This document shows positions 39,445 to 48,500 of a DNA stretch of 64,000 nt, one piece after another; within the stretch, counting starts at the first letter, position 1; each line of letters opens with the position of its first letter. Position numbers and translations under genes: made by a program. The notes beneath the pieces are model-generated. The model had not been told where the DNA came from and did not search any database. It saw nothing but the letters and a program-made list of their open reading frames with translations. Source of the stretch: a virus (Duplodnaviria; Heunggongvirae; Uroviricota; Caudoviricetes); the IMG/VR virus record IMGVR_UViG_3300019757_000006; one strand, written 5' to 3'.

Positions 39445-40353
39445 ATGCCGAATCAAAATACGGAACAAGTTACAGGAACTACAAGAGGTGAGAAGATAGG
39501 AATAATTTCGCTAATACTAGCGGCCTTGGTTACGATTCAATTTATGTTTGGATTTATTATTATTAAAGAGGGTACTGCTGGTATTAAAATGAGAGGTACG
39601 GTTTATGTAAAAGAGCCAATGTTGCCTGGTTATAGATTCTTTATACCATTTTATGATATAGTAATAGTTATACCAACTAAGCCAATTATGTTGAATTACT
39701 CTAAAACTAAATTCAATGAGAAAGATACTAAATTATTAAAATTTGATAAAGTAATTGAGAGTTTAGATGAATTAGGAAATGTAGTAAAAGTAGCTATATC
39801 ATTTGAGGCAGTTGCTGTATTAGATCAAATGCCTACTATGTTTGCAAAAGATGGTACCTTTGACGCTGGTTTCTTTAAGAAAGTAGAAGATCCATTTAGA
39901 TCTGTAGTTAGAAATACTATAGCTGAATTTAATGCAAATACTATGCAAAAAAATAGAGCTGCTATTTCAAATAGATTAATCGCACGAATTCAAATATCCT
40001 TTGATAAAAATGAATACTTTGAACTAGTAAATAATTCGGTTAACTTAAAAGAACTTATTCCTTCGGATGCAGTTAAAAAGTTACAAGAAGAGGTATCTAT
40101 TGCTCAACAAAGAACATCAGTTAATAAAAAGAAAGCTGATAGTATGAGAGAATTAGCAAATGGTAAAGCAGATGCTATTACTATTGAAGCAAATGCTCAG
40201 GCAAAAGCAAATAAAGAATTAGCAAATAGTATTACTCCAGAGTTAATTGATTATATTGAAGCAACTAGATGGAATGGGGATAGAAGACATACTGTTGTAA
40301 ATCCTGGAAGAGATGGAGTTACTCCTCCAATTATAATTGGTGGTGACAAATAA
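39445..40353 (+). CDS. SPFH/band-7 (prohibitin/HflKC-like) membrane protein
   Basis: An N-terminal TM helix is followed by an SPFH-like core (GTAGIKMRG...), then an Ala/Gln/Lys-rich coiled tail (ANAQAKANKELAN). Confidence 0.65.
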   Translation: MPNQNTEQVTGTTRGEKIGIISLILAALVTIQFMFGFIIIKEGTAGIKMRGTVYVKEPMLPGYRFFIPFYDIVIVIPTKPIMLNYSKTKFNEKDTKLLKFDKVIESLDELGNVVKVAISFEAVAVLDQMPTMFAKDGTFDAGFFKKVEDPFRSVVRNTIAEFNANTMQKNRAAISNRLIARIQISFDKNEYFELVNNSVNLKELIPSDAVKKLQEEVSIAQQRTSVNKKKADSMRELANGKADAITIEANAQAKANKELANSITPELIDYIEATRWNGDRRHTVVNPGRDGVTPPIIIGGDK

Positions 40354-41048
40354 TGACACTAACTCAAAAAAATACTATGGAGAGTGCTTTTAAAAAGCTC
40401 TCTACCGTAATTCTTCACGAGATTAAGGTATTGCATTATGCCTCTCTTGGAAATGCTTTAAATGTTTATATTCAGACATTTGGAAAAATGGGTGGTACAT
40501 TACCGGAGTTAATGCCTATACTATGGCAAGTAAGAGAAGCTGATGAAAAGGGTTTATTAATGCCTAAAATCAGACAAGTACTTGCGGACTATATTGTAGT
40601 AGGAGATACTTCTCATGTTGGTACAAATGCTCCTATTAATACTCAAAAGAATGCTCCTGGTTTAAGAATAGTTGAAAAAGCTAAACCAGGACCAAATCAA
40701 GTAGTGGCTAATAAAAAAAAACAACAAGAAGTTGAATATGCTAAAACACATTTAGTTGCGGCTGAAGGGGTTGCTGTAAAATGGAAACCCGAAGCGATGT
40801 TAAGATTTTCAGATAAGTGGGCGGAAGATATACATAATGGAAATTATTGTAAACTTCCTCCTAATATGCAAGAAAATTTAAAAATTTTCTTTGCGTCTGG
40901 TGGGACAGAAGAGGAGTTTAATAGTTTCTTTACCTTTGGAGATAAAATTGTAGATTATAATTATATTAAAAAAGAGGTACTTACAGAGTATAATATTTTT
41001 CATAATATTAAAGGGATTGATAGAACTAAATATAAATTATACGAATAA
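40353..41048 (+). CDS. hypothetical protein
   Basis: 231-aa ORF translationally coupled to the SPFH gene (TAATG). Confidence 0.5.
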   Translation: MTLTQKNTMESAFKKLSTVILHEIKVLHYASLGNALNVYIQTFGKMGGTLPELMPILWQVREADEKGLLMPKIRQVLADYIVVGDTSHVGTNAPINTQKNAPGLRIVEKAKPGPNQVVANKKKQQEVEYAKTHLVAAEGVAVKWKPEAMLRFSDKWAEDIHNGNYCKLPPNMQENLKIFFASGGTEEEFNSFFTFGDKIVDYNYIKKEVLTEYNIFHNIKGIDRTKYKLYE

Positions 41049-41052
41049 AAAT

Positions 41053-41083
41053 TGGGGAAGATATCTTCCCCAATTTTTTTTAT
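41053..41083 (+). terminator. intrinsic terminator
   Basis: ttggggaag-atat-cttccccaa stem-loop plus tttttttta. Its flanks (aaaa..tttttttattcgtc) match those of the terminator at 27949. Confidence 0.7.
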
Positions 41084-41100
41084 TCGTCTCTTTTTTATTT

Positions 41101-41163
41101 TTAGCTGGTAGCTAGCTCACTACCTCCAGCTATAGCTTAGTATAGTGCTCCAGCTATCACGTT
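41101..41163 (-). repeat. AGCTA-rich dispersed intergenic repeat, copy C
   Basis: ttagctggtagctagctcactacctccagctatagcttagtatagtgctccagctatcacg. Its reverse complement matches copy A. Confidence 0.5.
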
Positions 41164-41167
41164 TTTT

Positions 41168-41202
41168 TAACGACAGGAAGGCTGGATGGGAAGACCCATC
41201 CT
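41168..41202 (-). terminator. stem-loop + TTCCTGTCGTTA element on the stop codon of the GIY-YIG gene
   Basis: Minus-sense ggatgggtcttcccatcc hairpin, followed by agccttcctgtcgttaaaaaaac. The hairpin overlaps the stop of 41201..41728. Confidence 0.45.
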
Positions 41203-41728
41203 AATTTTCTATTTTATTAACTAAAGTATTTAATTTACCAGTTTTAGTATATTGAGTACCAAGTTGTTTAATTAAATCTACTTCGTATTTAAGTAAATCA
41301 TCTTTATTATCAAATTCTTCTATAATCGTAACCCAATTCATTTGATATTCTTTCCAATCATGAGGCATACTACTAGTATTTAATGATTTAGATAACTTCA
41401 TTTTATTCTCTAATTCCTTAAATGCCTTTACTTTCAGTATATTATTCTCAGACCCTTTAATAAAAGAACTGATATGTTGATTATGTCTATAACCAAAACC
41501 TCTACTAGCTTTTCCAACATAAAGTGGTTCGAATGCCAAACAATGTTCTTTATTCTTTAAAGTACTAATAGTTACTGGTTTTTGTAAAGGTTTAAAAGGA
41601 TTTATATAAATATAAATATAGAATTGATATTTCATATAATTAAAATCGTCTATCTTTGGGAATATTTTATATAATTGAAGAGTATCTTTGTTAGGACATA
41701 ACGCCCTTTTTAATGCTCCTTTATCCAT
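41201..41728 (-). CDS. GIY-YIG family endonuclease (Seg/I-TevI-like homing endonuclease candidate)
   Basis: YIYIYINPFKP...PLYVGKASRGFGYRHNQH matches the GIY-x10-YIG...R...H module. Confidence 0.65.
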   Translation of the reverse strand: MDKGALKRALCPNKDTLQLYKIFPKIDDFNYMKYQFYIYIYINPFKPLQKPVTISTLKNKEHCLAFEPLYVGKASRGFGYRHNQHISSFIKGSENNILKVKAFKELENKMKLSKSLNTSSMPHDWKEYQMNWVTIIEEFDNKDDLLKYEVDLIKQLGTQYTKTGKLNTLVNKIEN

Positions 41729-41730
41729 AA

Positions 41731-42048
41731 CTACTCCTGTATTCTTTTAATTATTTCTTCTATTACATCATTTCTAGAAAATTTTAATTGTTCCATTTTA
41801 GTTAATCTAGAATCAAAAGAATATAAATTTTCTAATTTTTTATCAATATCTTTGGTAATACCATTTAATATTTCTATCTTAGAATCTATACTGGCTTCCA
41901 ATTCCTGCAACTGTTGTACCTTTTTTTTGTTTTTTATTTCTAATTTATTTACATGTATTTTAGTTTTCTGTTCTATTTTCTTTTCGGAAAAAGGTAATAG
42001 ATTATCTTTAAAATAATTCTCCATGTATTTTATATCTTCTGGTGACAT
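41731..42048 (-). CDS. hypothetical coiled-coil protein
   Basis: 105-aa ORF preceded (in mRNA sense) by the conserved 29-bp leader plus TATAAAAG and RBS aaagga. Confidence 0.45.
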   Translation of the reverse strand: MSPEDIKYMENYFKDNLLPFSEKKIEQKTKIHVNKLEIKNKKKVQQLQELEASIDSKIEILNGITKDIDKKLENLYSFDSRLTKMEQLKFSRNDVIEEIIKRIQE

Positions 42049-42063
42049 ATTAAATCCTTTATC

Positions 42064-42092
42064 TTTTATAAGTTTTAGTTAGTTCTTTTTTT
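42064..42092 (-). promoter_or_regulatory. conserved 29-bp late-promoter-like leader, copy 1
   Basis: Minus-sense aaaaaaagaactaactaaaacttataaaa. It is identical at 59935..59963 and ends in TATAAAAG ~20 nt before the ATG at 42048. Confidence 0.45.
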
Positions 42093-42093
42093 G

Positions 42094-42120
42094 GAGACAG
42101 GAAAATCCCCGAAGGGATTA
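42094..42120 (-). terminator. stem-loop + TTTTCCTGTC element after the stop of 42125..42481
   Basis: Minus-sense aatccc-ttcg-gggatt hairpin, followed by ttcctgtctcc. Confidence 0.45.
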
Positions 42121-42124
42121 GTCT

Positions 42125-42481
42125 TTATTTTTTATCTTTATCAGTATCTTCGTCTTTACCTAATCCAGTTAATCTTCTAAATAGAATTGGTAATGATTTT
42201 TCAACTAGACCTAAAATAGGATAAGCGAATACAGATACAGCTCCAATTATTAGACCTTTATGTTGTTCTAAATTAGCTGGTATACTACTATCTACGATAG
42301 TTCCTAAAAAACCACCTATTGCAATGAGAATAAACATATGTTCCCAATCAAACTTAACTTCAGTTTCAGTTCCTTTTGCAAGTTCTTTTTCTTTAAGATG
42401 TATATAAATATAACTTACAAAACCACCAAAGATACTTAAGAGAAAGATTTTAATAGATTCCCAGTACTCAAGAGCCGTCAT
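42125..42481 (-). CDS. holin-like small membrane protein (three predicted TM helices, charged C-terminus)
   Basis: Hydrophobic segments IFLLSIFGGFVSYIYI, ILIAIGGFLGTIV and IIGAVSVFAYPILGLV. C-terminus KDEDTDKDKK. Two genes downstream of the M15 peptidase. Confidence 0.4.
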   Translation of the reverse strand: MTALEYWESIKIFLLSIFGGFVSYIYIHLKEKELAKGTETEVKFDWEHMFILIAIGGFLGTIVDSSIPANLEQHKGLIIGAVSVFAYPILGLVEKSLPILFRRLTGLGKDEDTDKDKK

Positions 42482-42501
42482 TTATATCTCCTTCTCTATT
42501 T

Positions 42502-43461
42502 TTATTGACATTTTGTAGTACAACTACCACATTCATTATCAACTTCGCGCTTTACTTTACAAACTTCTTCAAATTCGCATTTCATAACACTACATTCAAA
42601 TCTTTCTTCGTTATTTTCTTCTCTAAGAATATGAAATAATTTCTTATTCTCGTCTCTTGTATTAGTTAAGACCCTATTAATAAACTTACCTTTTCTAGGC
42701 TCTACTATATATTTTTTATAACAATAATCTACTAATATACTTAATATATATAACCCAATCATTAATTGAAAGGTTACTTTAATATAATCTACATGTTCCT
42801 GAATTTTTTCCATATTCTTTCCATGATTTACTAAAACTTCGTCCGATTGAACTCCCTGACAAACTTTTAATTGAAACGATTTTCCAGTTGCGCTTGGAAT
42901 ACCATTAAAACCTTTAGTACTATCTGGTAATGTAACACATACTAACCATTCATCTCTACCATCAAAATTATATTTAACCATATCTTCTGGTGGATTATCG
43001 ATTACCTTTTTTAAATGATTATCCCACGCTAGTTGCATTGAATGAGGATCCCCACCGAGTGGTAAAGTATGTTGAAATATTTCTTCGTAATTCCATTTTG
43101 GATGGGATAATTCTAAGTAGCTGGCAACGTCTTTACTATTATCGTAAAACATAGTACCGTCCCGAAGATCGATAACATACATATCTCCAGTTTTTCCACC
43201 TACATAAGAAACTCCATGTTCCGCAAATAATCTAAATAATAAATCTTCATCTATTTCTTCGTTATAATCTTCTCTATGAGTTTTTACTTCATATAAAATA
43301 CTATGACTTATTTGATTAACATTTCTCCAGGCTTGTTTTCTCCAAATCATTTCGATTTCGTATTTATTTATTTCATTATAAGTATTTACTGCGTCTCTAG
43401 TTTTAAATTCAGTAAAGAACATTAACAATATAGATAATAAAATAACTATTCTTAAAAACAT
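42502..43461 (-). CDS. membrane-anchored protein (N-terminal TM, Cys-rich C-terminus)
   Basis: MFLRIVILLSILLMFF signal-anchor. C-terminus CSVMKCEFEEVCKVKREVDNECGSCTTKCQ. Lies between the endolysin and the holin-like gene. Confidence 0.45.
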   Translation of the reverse strand: MFLRIVILLSILLMFFTEFKTRDAVNTYNEINKYEIEMIWRKQAWRNVNQISHSILYEVKTHREDYNEEIDEDLLFRLFAEHGVSYVGGKTGDMYVIDLRDGTMFYDNSKDVASYLELSHPKWNYEEIFQHTLPLGGDPHSMQLAWDNHLKKVIDNPPEDMVKYNFDGRDEWLVCVTLPDSTKGFNGIPSATGKSFQLKVCQGVQSDEVLVNHGKNMEKIQEHVDYIKVTFQLMIGLYILSILVDYCYKKYIVEPRKGKFINRVLTNTRDENKKLFHILREENNEERFECSVMKCEFEEVCKVKREVDNECGSCTTKCQ

Positions 43462-43937
43462 TAATATTTGCCTGGCTTTGCAGGAATTATTTCCAGGTGT
43501 GGTAGATCGTCAAAATTTTGATCAGTATAAACATCATCTGAATCCCAATCTAATCCTAATCTTACCTCATGTGTTATTTTTCCTTCTTTAAGAAGTCTAA
43601 TAGCACACCCTTTAACGATTCCCATCATAAAATAAAATCTATCCCCGTCTTTTATTTTACCACTAAAAGCATTAGTACCTTTTTTATAAGGCATTATATC
43701 AACTGCATACGAAACTAATTCATTATCCTCGTTTAGTTTACCCTGATGTTTACTTTTTCTATTAACACCATCCAGTTTACTTCTACCAGCTTTGAATAAC
43801 TTTTCCTGTTCTCGTTGAGTTCGTAAACCATCTATAACACTAAAATCATACATAATAATAGCCTCTTCTAGAATTAATTGTATATCTTTATGACATGTCT
43901 TTAAATTTTTAAGACTCTTTTTTCCAAATGAATACAT
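43461..43937 (-). CDS. peptidase M15 (VanY/L-alanyl-D-glutamate peptidase-like) endolysin candidate
   Basis: GLRTQREQEKLFKAG...SKHQ.G..AVDI...HEVRLGLDWDSDD...DLPHLEI matches the zinc D,D/L,D-peptidase pattern (SxHxxGxAxD ... WGGDW ... D.xHxE). Confidence 0.75.
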   Translation of the reverse strand: MYSFGKKSLKNLKTCHKDIQLILEEAIIMYDFSVIDGLRTQREQEKLFKAGRSKLDGVNRKSKHQGKLNEDNELVSYAVDIMPYKKGTNAFSGKIKDGDRFYFMMGIVKGCAIRLLKEGKITHEVRLGLDWDSDDVYTDQNFDDLPHLEIIPAKPGKY

Positions 43938-43946
43938 AATTTATCC

Positions 43947-44270
43947 TTAATCTTTATTTATCGCTTCCGGTTTCTCAGTTGCTTTTTTAGGTTCTTTTGT
44001 AATCCCCTCTAATTCTTCAGCACTAACATCATCTAATCCTAAAGCTTTTAATGCTTTAACTAATTTCTCTTGAGTAATACCATTTCTTTTAGATTTAGCT
44101 ACAGCTACTAAAATATCTTTAGCTGATTTATCAGAAACCCCATCTTTTGTATTTTTTACGTTTACTAACTTTTCAATCATATTTAAAATAACTAATCCTA
44201 CTGGACTTGATCCAGCAAGAACTTTAGCTAGCTTTAATATCAAAGGTAAAAATTTCATCAAAAAATTCAT
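43947..44270 (-). CDS. hypothetical protein
   Basis: 107-aa ORF with a hydrophobic N-terminal region. Confidence 0.45.
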   Translation of the reverse strand: MNFLMKFLPLILKLAKVLAGSSPVGLVILNMIEKLVNVKNTKDGVSDKSAKDILVAVAKSKRNGITQEKLVKALKALGLDDVSAEELEGITKEPKKATEKPEAINKD

Positions 44271-44331
44271 AATTTATCCTTTTATTTTATGTGTATATCT
44301 TTGTTCGTTTATATTATTATAGAAGAACTGA

Positions 44332-44901
44332 TTATAAAAATAAATCGTTTATTTCTTCTATAGTACTGGCAGGATTAAATGGTTGCATAAAAGGTAAAAC
44401 TTCTTCTAGTTTTACAAAGTTTCCGGTAATGATTAAATCATCCGCTTGCATTCTAAATGCTTCAATCTTATCAATTAATGATCTAATAGCTACTTGATAA
44501 GCTTCATGATTAGCAATAATTCGTTGATTCTCTTCTTCATCCCAAGAACCAGTTCCAGCTAATGCTCTATGGTACTTATCAATATATCTGTCTAATTGTA
44601 ACGGAGTATTCTTATATCCAAGAATCATATCGTTAACTTGATTTTGAGCAGCGTCGCATAAATACATTAAATCTTTTTTAGCTTCTTCCTGTTTATATTC
44701 TAACATAATTTCATTATATTTAATAACTATCATATCTACTGTTGGACATGTATCACAATTTGGAAGTACTTCTGGTACGATAATACTTCCATCTTCATTA
44801 TCATAAGTAATTATTTCTAAGTCAGGTACGAGTCTTCTAAAAGACTCTATTAATAAATCCTGATTTAATGCTTTGTCAAAAGGTAATATTGTATTTGCCA
44901 T
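44332..44901 (-). CDS. hypothetical protein
   Basis: 189-aa ORF whose start overlaps the previous stop. Confidence 0.5.
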   Translation of the reverse strand: MANTILPFDKALNQDLLIESFRRLVPDLEIITYDNEDGSIIVPEVLPNCDTCPTVDMIVIKYNEIMLEYKQEEAKKDLMYLCDAAQNQVNDMILGYKNTPLQLDRYIDKYHRALAGTGSWDEEENQRIIANHEAYQVAIRSLIDKIEAFRMQADDLIITGNFVKLEEVLPFMQPFNPASTIEEINDLFL

Positions 44902-45566
44902 TATAAATCTCCAATCTTATATACAGTAGTTCTCATTCTCATTTTAATACCATAATTACTATAAGCATCCGGAGTTCTACCTTTAAATCTCATAATGCTT
45001 TCAGTAGGTACTCTAACTATTAACATTTGAGAACCATTATTTCTTTCACCACCATCACCATAATTATTTTCAGATAAGTCCGCGATGTTAGTCCAAACAC
45101 CACCTTCTTTTTTAGATGTACTATCCATAATATCTAAACCACCTATAATTTCTAAGTCGTCTATAAATACTCCAAATTGTCCACCACTTGCTTTTTCTAA
45201 TCTTTTATTATTTTTAGTATAATCAAATGACTTAGAATGGGCATCTAAATAAATACAATATATTCCTCTATCTATAGGAAGTTCTTTGAGTTCTGACCAA
45301 GCAGTACTTCTTTTATATTCTCCATCCCACATATTTTTATATATAAGATCGTACACTTCATTATTATCTGTTCTTAATTCAATTGCAGCTATTTCTTCTT
45401 CTATAATAGTAACCATATCTAGAATTTCTTCCATCGTTGGATAAGAACTTACGCTATTACTTGTAATAGTTTCAGTTCTTTTATTATAGAAAATGTTTTT
45501 AGCACTTGGTCTAAGTCTTTTAAAGGCTCTTAATATAAGAGCCCCATCTATATTTTCATAATTCAT
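44901..45566 (-). CDS. fibre-tip-domain protein, paralogous to the C-terminus of the 1012-aa fibre
   Basis: About 150 C-terminal residues align with the end of 45577..48615: SGGQFGVFIDDLEIIGG...GGVWTNIADLSE...RTTVYKIGDL against EGSQFGAFIDGIDINGG...TGVWTNICSLEK...RTIIYKLADI. Confidence 0.6.
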   Translation of the reverse strand: MNYENIDGALILRAFKRLRPSAKNIFYNKRTETITSNSVSSYPTMEEILDMVTIIEEEIAAIELRTDNNEVYDLIYKNMWDGEYKRSTAWSELKELPIDRGIYCIYLDAHSKSFDYTKNNKRLEKASGGQFGVFIDDLEIIGGLDIMDSTSKKEGGVWTNIADLSENNYGDGGERNNGSQMLIVRVPTESIMRFKGRTPDAYSNYGIKMRMRTTVYKIGDL

Positions 45567-45576
45567 AATATTCCTT

Positions 45577-48500
45577 TTATATATCAGCTAATTTATAAAT
45601 AATTGTTCTGTTCTTAATTTCGACATCTGATTTATTACTTCTTATAGGTCTAGCATTAAATCTAATAGTAGTATTTTGCTCTACTCTTACATAGAATTCA
45701 GCACTACCAAAATTTCTAATACCAGCTTTTTCATCATAACCTTTTTCAAGAGAACATATATTAGTCCAAACACCAGTACTAATTCTATCATTAATTAATT
45801 GACCACCATTAATATCAATACCATCAATAAATGCTCCAAATTGAGAACCCTCTTGAACATTATCTGTAGTACTACTATCCATCTTAATTTGATAAACACC
45901 AGGCACTAATAAAAATGTATCTAATTCATACCAAATATTTTGTCCCCATAAATCTAAGTCCCAAATATTTTTATAATAAAATGTAGGTTCTACAATTAAT
46001 CCAATATTACTTTCTAATCTTAAATTAATATCTTGGATATCCGCAGCTCTAGCATCTTCTTCTATCGCTAATCTAACAGTTAATTCATTATCTTTAAAAG
46101 TACTTCTTTCAATTTCTTGATTAATCTTTTCATCTAGAGTTGTACTTGTTTGAGATAAAGTACTCCCTAAAGAATTAAGAGTATTTTCATTAATTGTAAT
46201 TTTAGCCTCTAAACCAGATTCAACTGTATCTATTTTAGCATTTAAAATAGTATCTTGGTTAGTTCTATTAGTCGTTTCTTCAGTAATAATATTATCAAGA
46301 AGTACTAAACTATTTTGATTATCTGATTTAAATTCAGAAACTTCATTATCTAATTCTGTAATAGTTTCAGTTAATACCATATTAGTTTTATTAACAGCAT
46401 CTGTTAAATTAGTAGGAGCATAACCATTTTCATCATTTAATGATTGCACAAAGTTTAATGTTCCATCATTAGCTTCTCTAGTACTAATTTCATCATCTAA
46501 ATTACCTTGAATAATATTATCATTATTAGATCTTTCAGTCGTTTCCTGATTAATAAAAGTATTTAAAGTTTCGATTTCATTAATTCTATTAGTAGTTTCC
46601 GCATCAAGATTGCCTTGAATTTCATTTAAAGAATCATATCTTGTTTGAGATTCAATTAATAAATTAGCGTTTGTAGCATCAATATTTTCCTGCAAGAATG
46701 AATCTCTAGATAAACTAGCTTCCTCGTTTTCCGCTATAGTTAAATCTTGTAAGCTATCGGCAGCTGTTCTATCGATAATTTCTTGAGCAAAACTATCTTC
46801 AATTATAACGCTTCTAGCATTATTAGTACTAACATACGAAGCGAAAGCATCATCATTTTCCTGATCTATATTATTAATTAAATTAACCATTTCAGCAAAA
46901 CTATCTAAGTCAGCAGAACTAGCAGCTAAGATACCATCTATTCTATTTTTCTCTACAGTAACTCTACCAGATAAAATTAAGTTCTCACTTTCTCTTGTTT
47001 GAGTCTCTAGAACTAAAGCAGCTCCAACAGAAGTAAGTTCGGCGTGTAATTCATCATCTTTATTTTCAGAAGCTAATTTATTACCCTCAATTACTGTTCT
47101 AATACTAGCATCTTCGTTAGTACTTCTAGTAATCTCATTGTTTAGGGATAAAGTAACATTATCTATACTATTCTGTCTAGTTGTACTTTCTAATTCAATT
47201 AAATTAGCTAAATTAATTTCTTCATTAGTACTTCTAGTAATTTCATTATTAATCTTAGTATTTAAAATAGTTTCTTCTGCAATCGCTCTTGATTTCTCAT
47301 TTGCGATATCTAATTTTCTAGCTTCGTTTTCTTGAAGTAAAGATAATTCTAAATCATTAATACTATCAGTAATAGCAACATCATGAGCTTCTCTATCTAA
47401 AGTTTCTTGAACAATTTTAGTATTTAAAGCTTCATCTGCTAATTCAGAAGTATCTCTTAAAGCAGTAATCTTATTATCTAAAGCTGTTTCAACTAAAGCA
47501 TTTTGTACTTTGAAGTTATCTAAATCTAACTGAATAGTTCCTTCTGATTCATTAGCTCTTCTAGCTTCTGTATTAATAGCATCAGTTAAGTTTTTAGGAG
47601 TAACTATATTATTACTAATATCTGTTTTATTTAATAAAGAATCAAATACTAAATTACCATCTTTTAATTCTCTTGTGTCCACTTCATTTTGAATAGCTTG
47701 ATTTATTTGAGTATCAGATGCATCTAATCTATCAATTTCCCCTTCTAGGATTAATTTCTCAGCTTGGAAATCAACTTTATCTAATTTTTGATTATCCATA
47801 TTTAACATTTCTGTATTATATGTAACCTTATCAACTTTAGTATCTACTAAAGATCTAATTTGAATAGCTTGAAGATTATTCTCACCATCAATTCTCTGTA
47901 CTTGTTCATTAACATAAGTAAGATCTGCTTTTGTATCGATAAAGTTTTGAATAAAATCATTTAATCTATTTAATATATTAGCCTCTGCTTGGATAGCTCT
48001 AATTTCTTCCGCTACAATTTTAGCTTCATTATTTTCATCAGCTAAAGTACTTCTACCAATTTCATTATCTAATCTAGTATTTAATTCTTGATCTTCTTCA
48101 GTTCTTACTTGAATCTCATCATTCATTTGAATTAAAAATTCAGTTGTATCTAAATTCTTCTCATCTAAATCAGAATTCAATTGAAGCATTCTATTTGATA
48201 ATTCATTAATATCAGTATTTACTTTATTAGTAAGACTTGTTACTACAGCTTCTAATTCTACTTTACTAGCTTTATCAGCAGTAAGTATGGCATCTATACC
48301 ATTAATATAAGTTCTTAAGTCTTGTAACTTAGTTTCTGCAACAGCTACATCCATCTTTGAAGTAGTTAAAACATCATCAGCTGCATCAATATACGCCGTT
48401 AAATTATCAGCTTCTATTTGTAATTCGGCTTTACTAGCTTTTAAATTATCGAGCGATAATATTCTAGCATCAAGACCATTAAACATTTCACTATCTTTTA

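Noticed and set aside
47138-47335. Short antisense ORFs inside large genes (for example 47138..47335, 50499..50720, 24686..24871, 24703..24912, 25289..25600, 17800..18015, 18466..18660, 30332..30514, 31319..31537, 36420..36641, 38801..39103, 56618..56818, 60480..60680, 145..336, 953..1195, 3938..4135, 44291..44497)
   Set aside because: They lie entirely within well-supported genes on the opposite strand or in another frame. They have low-complexity Ser/Leu/Ile-rich translations typical of reading an AT-rich coding strand in reverse. They have no RBS.
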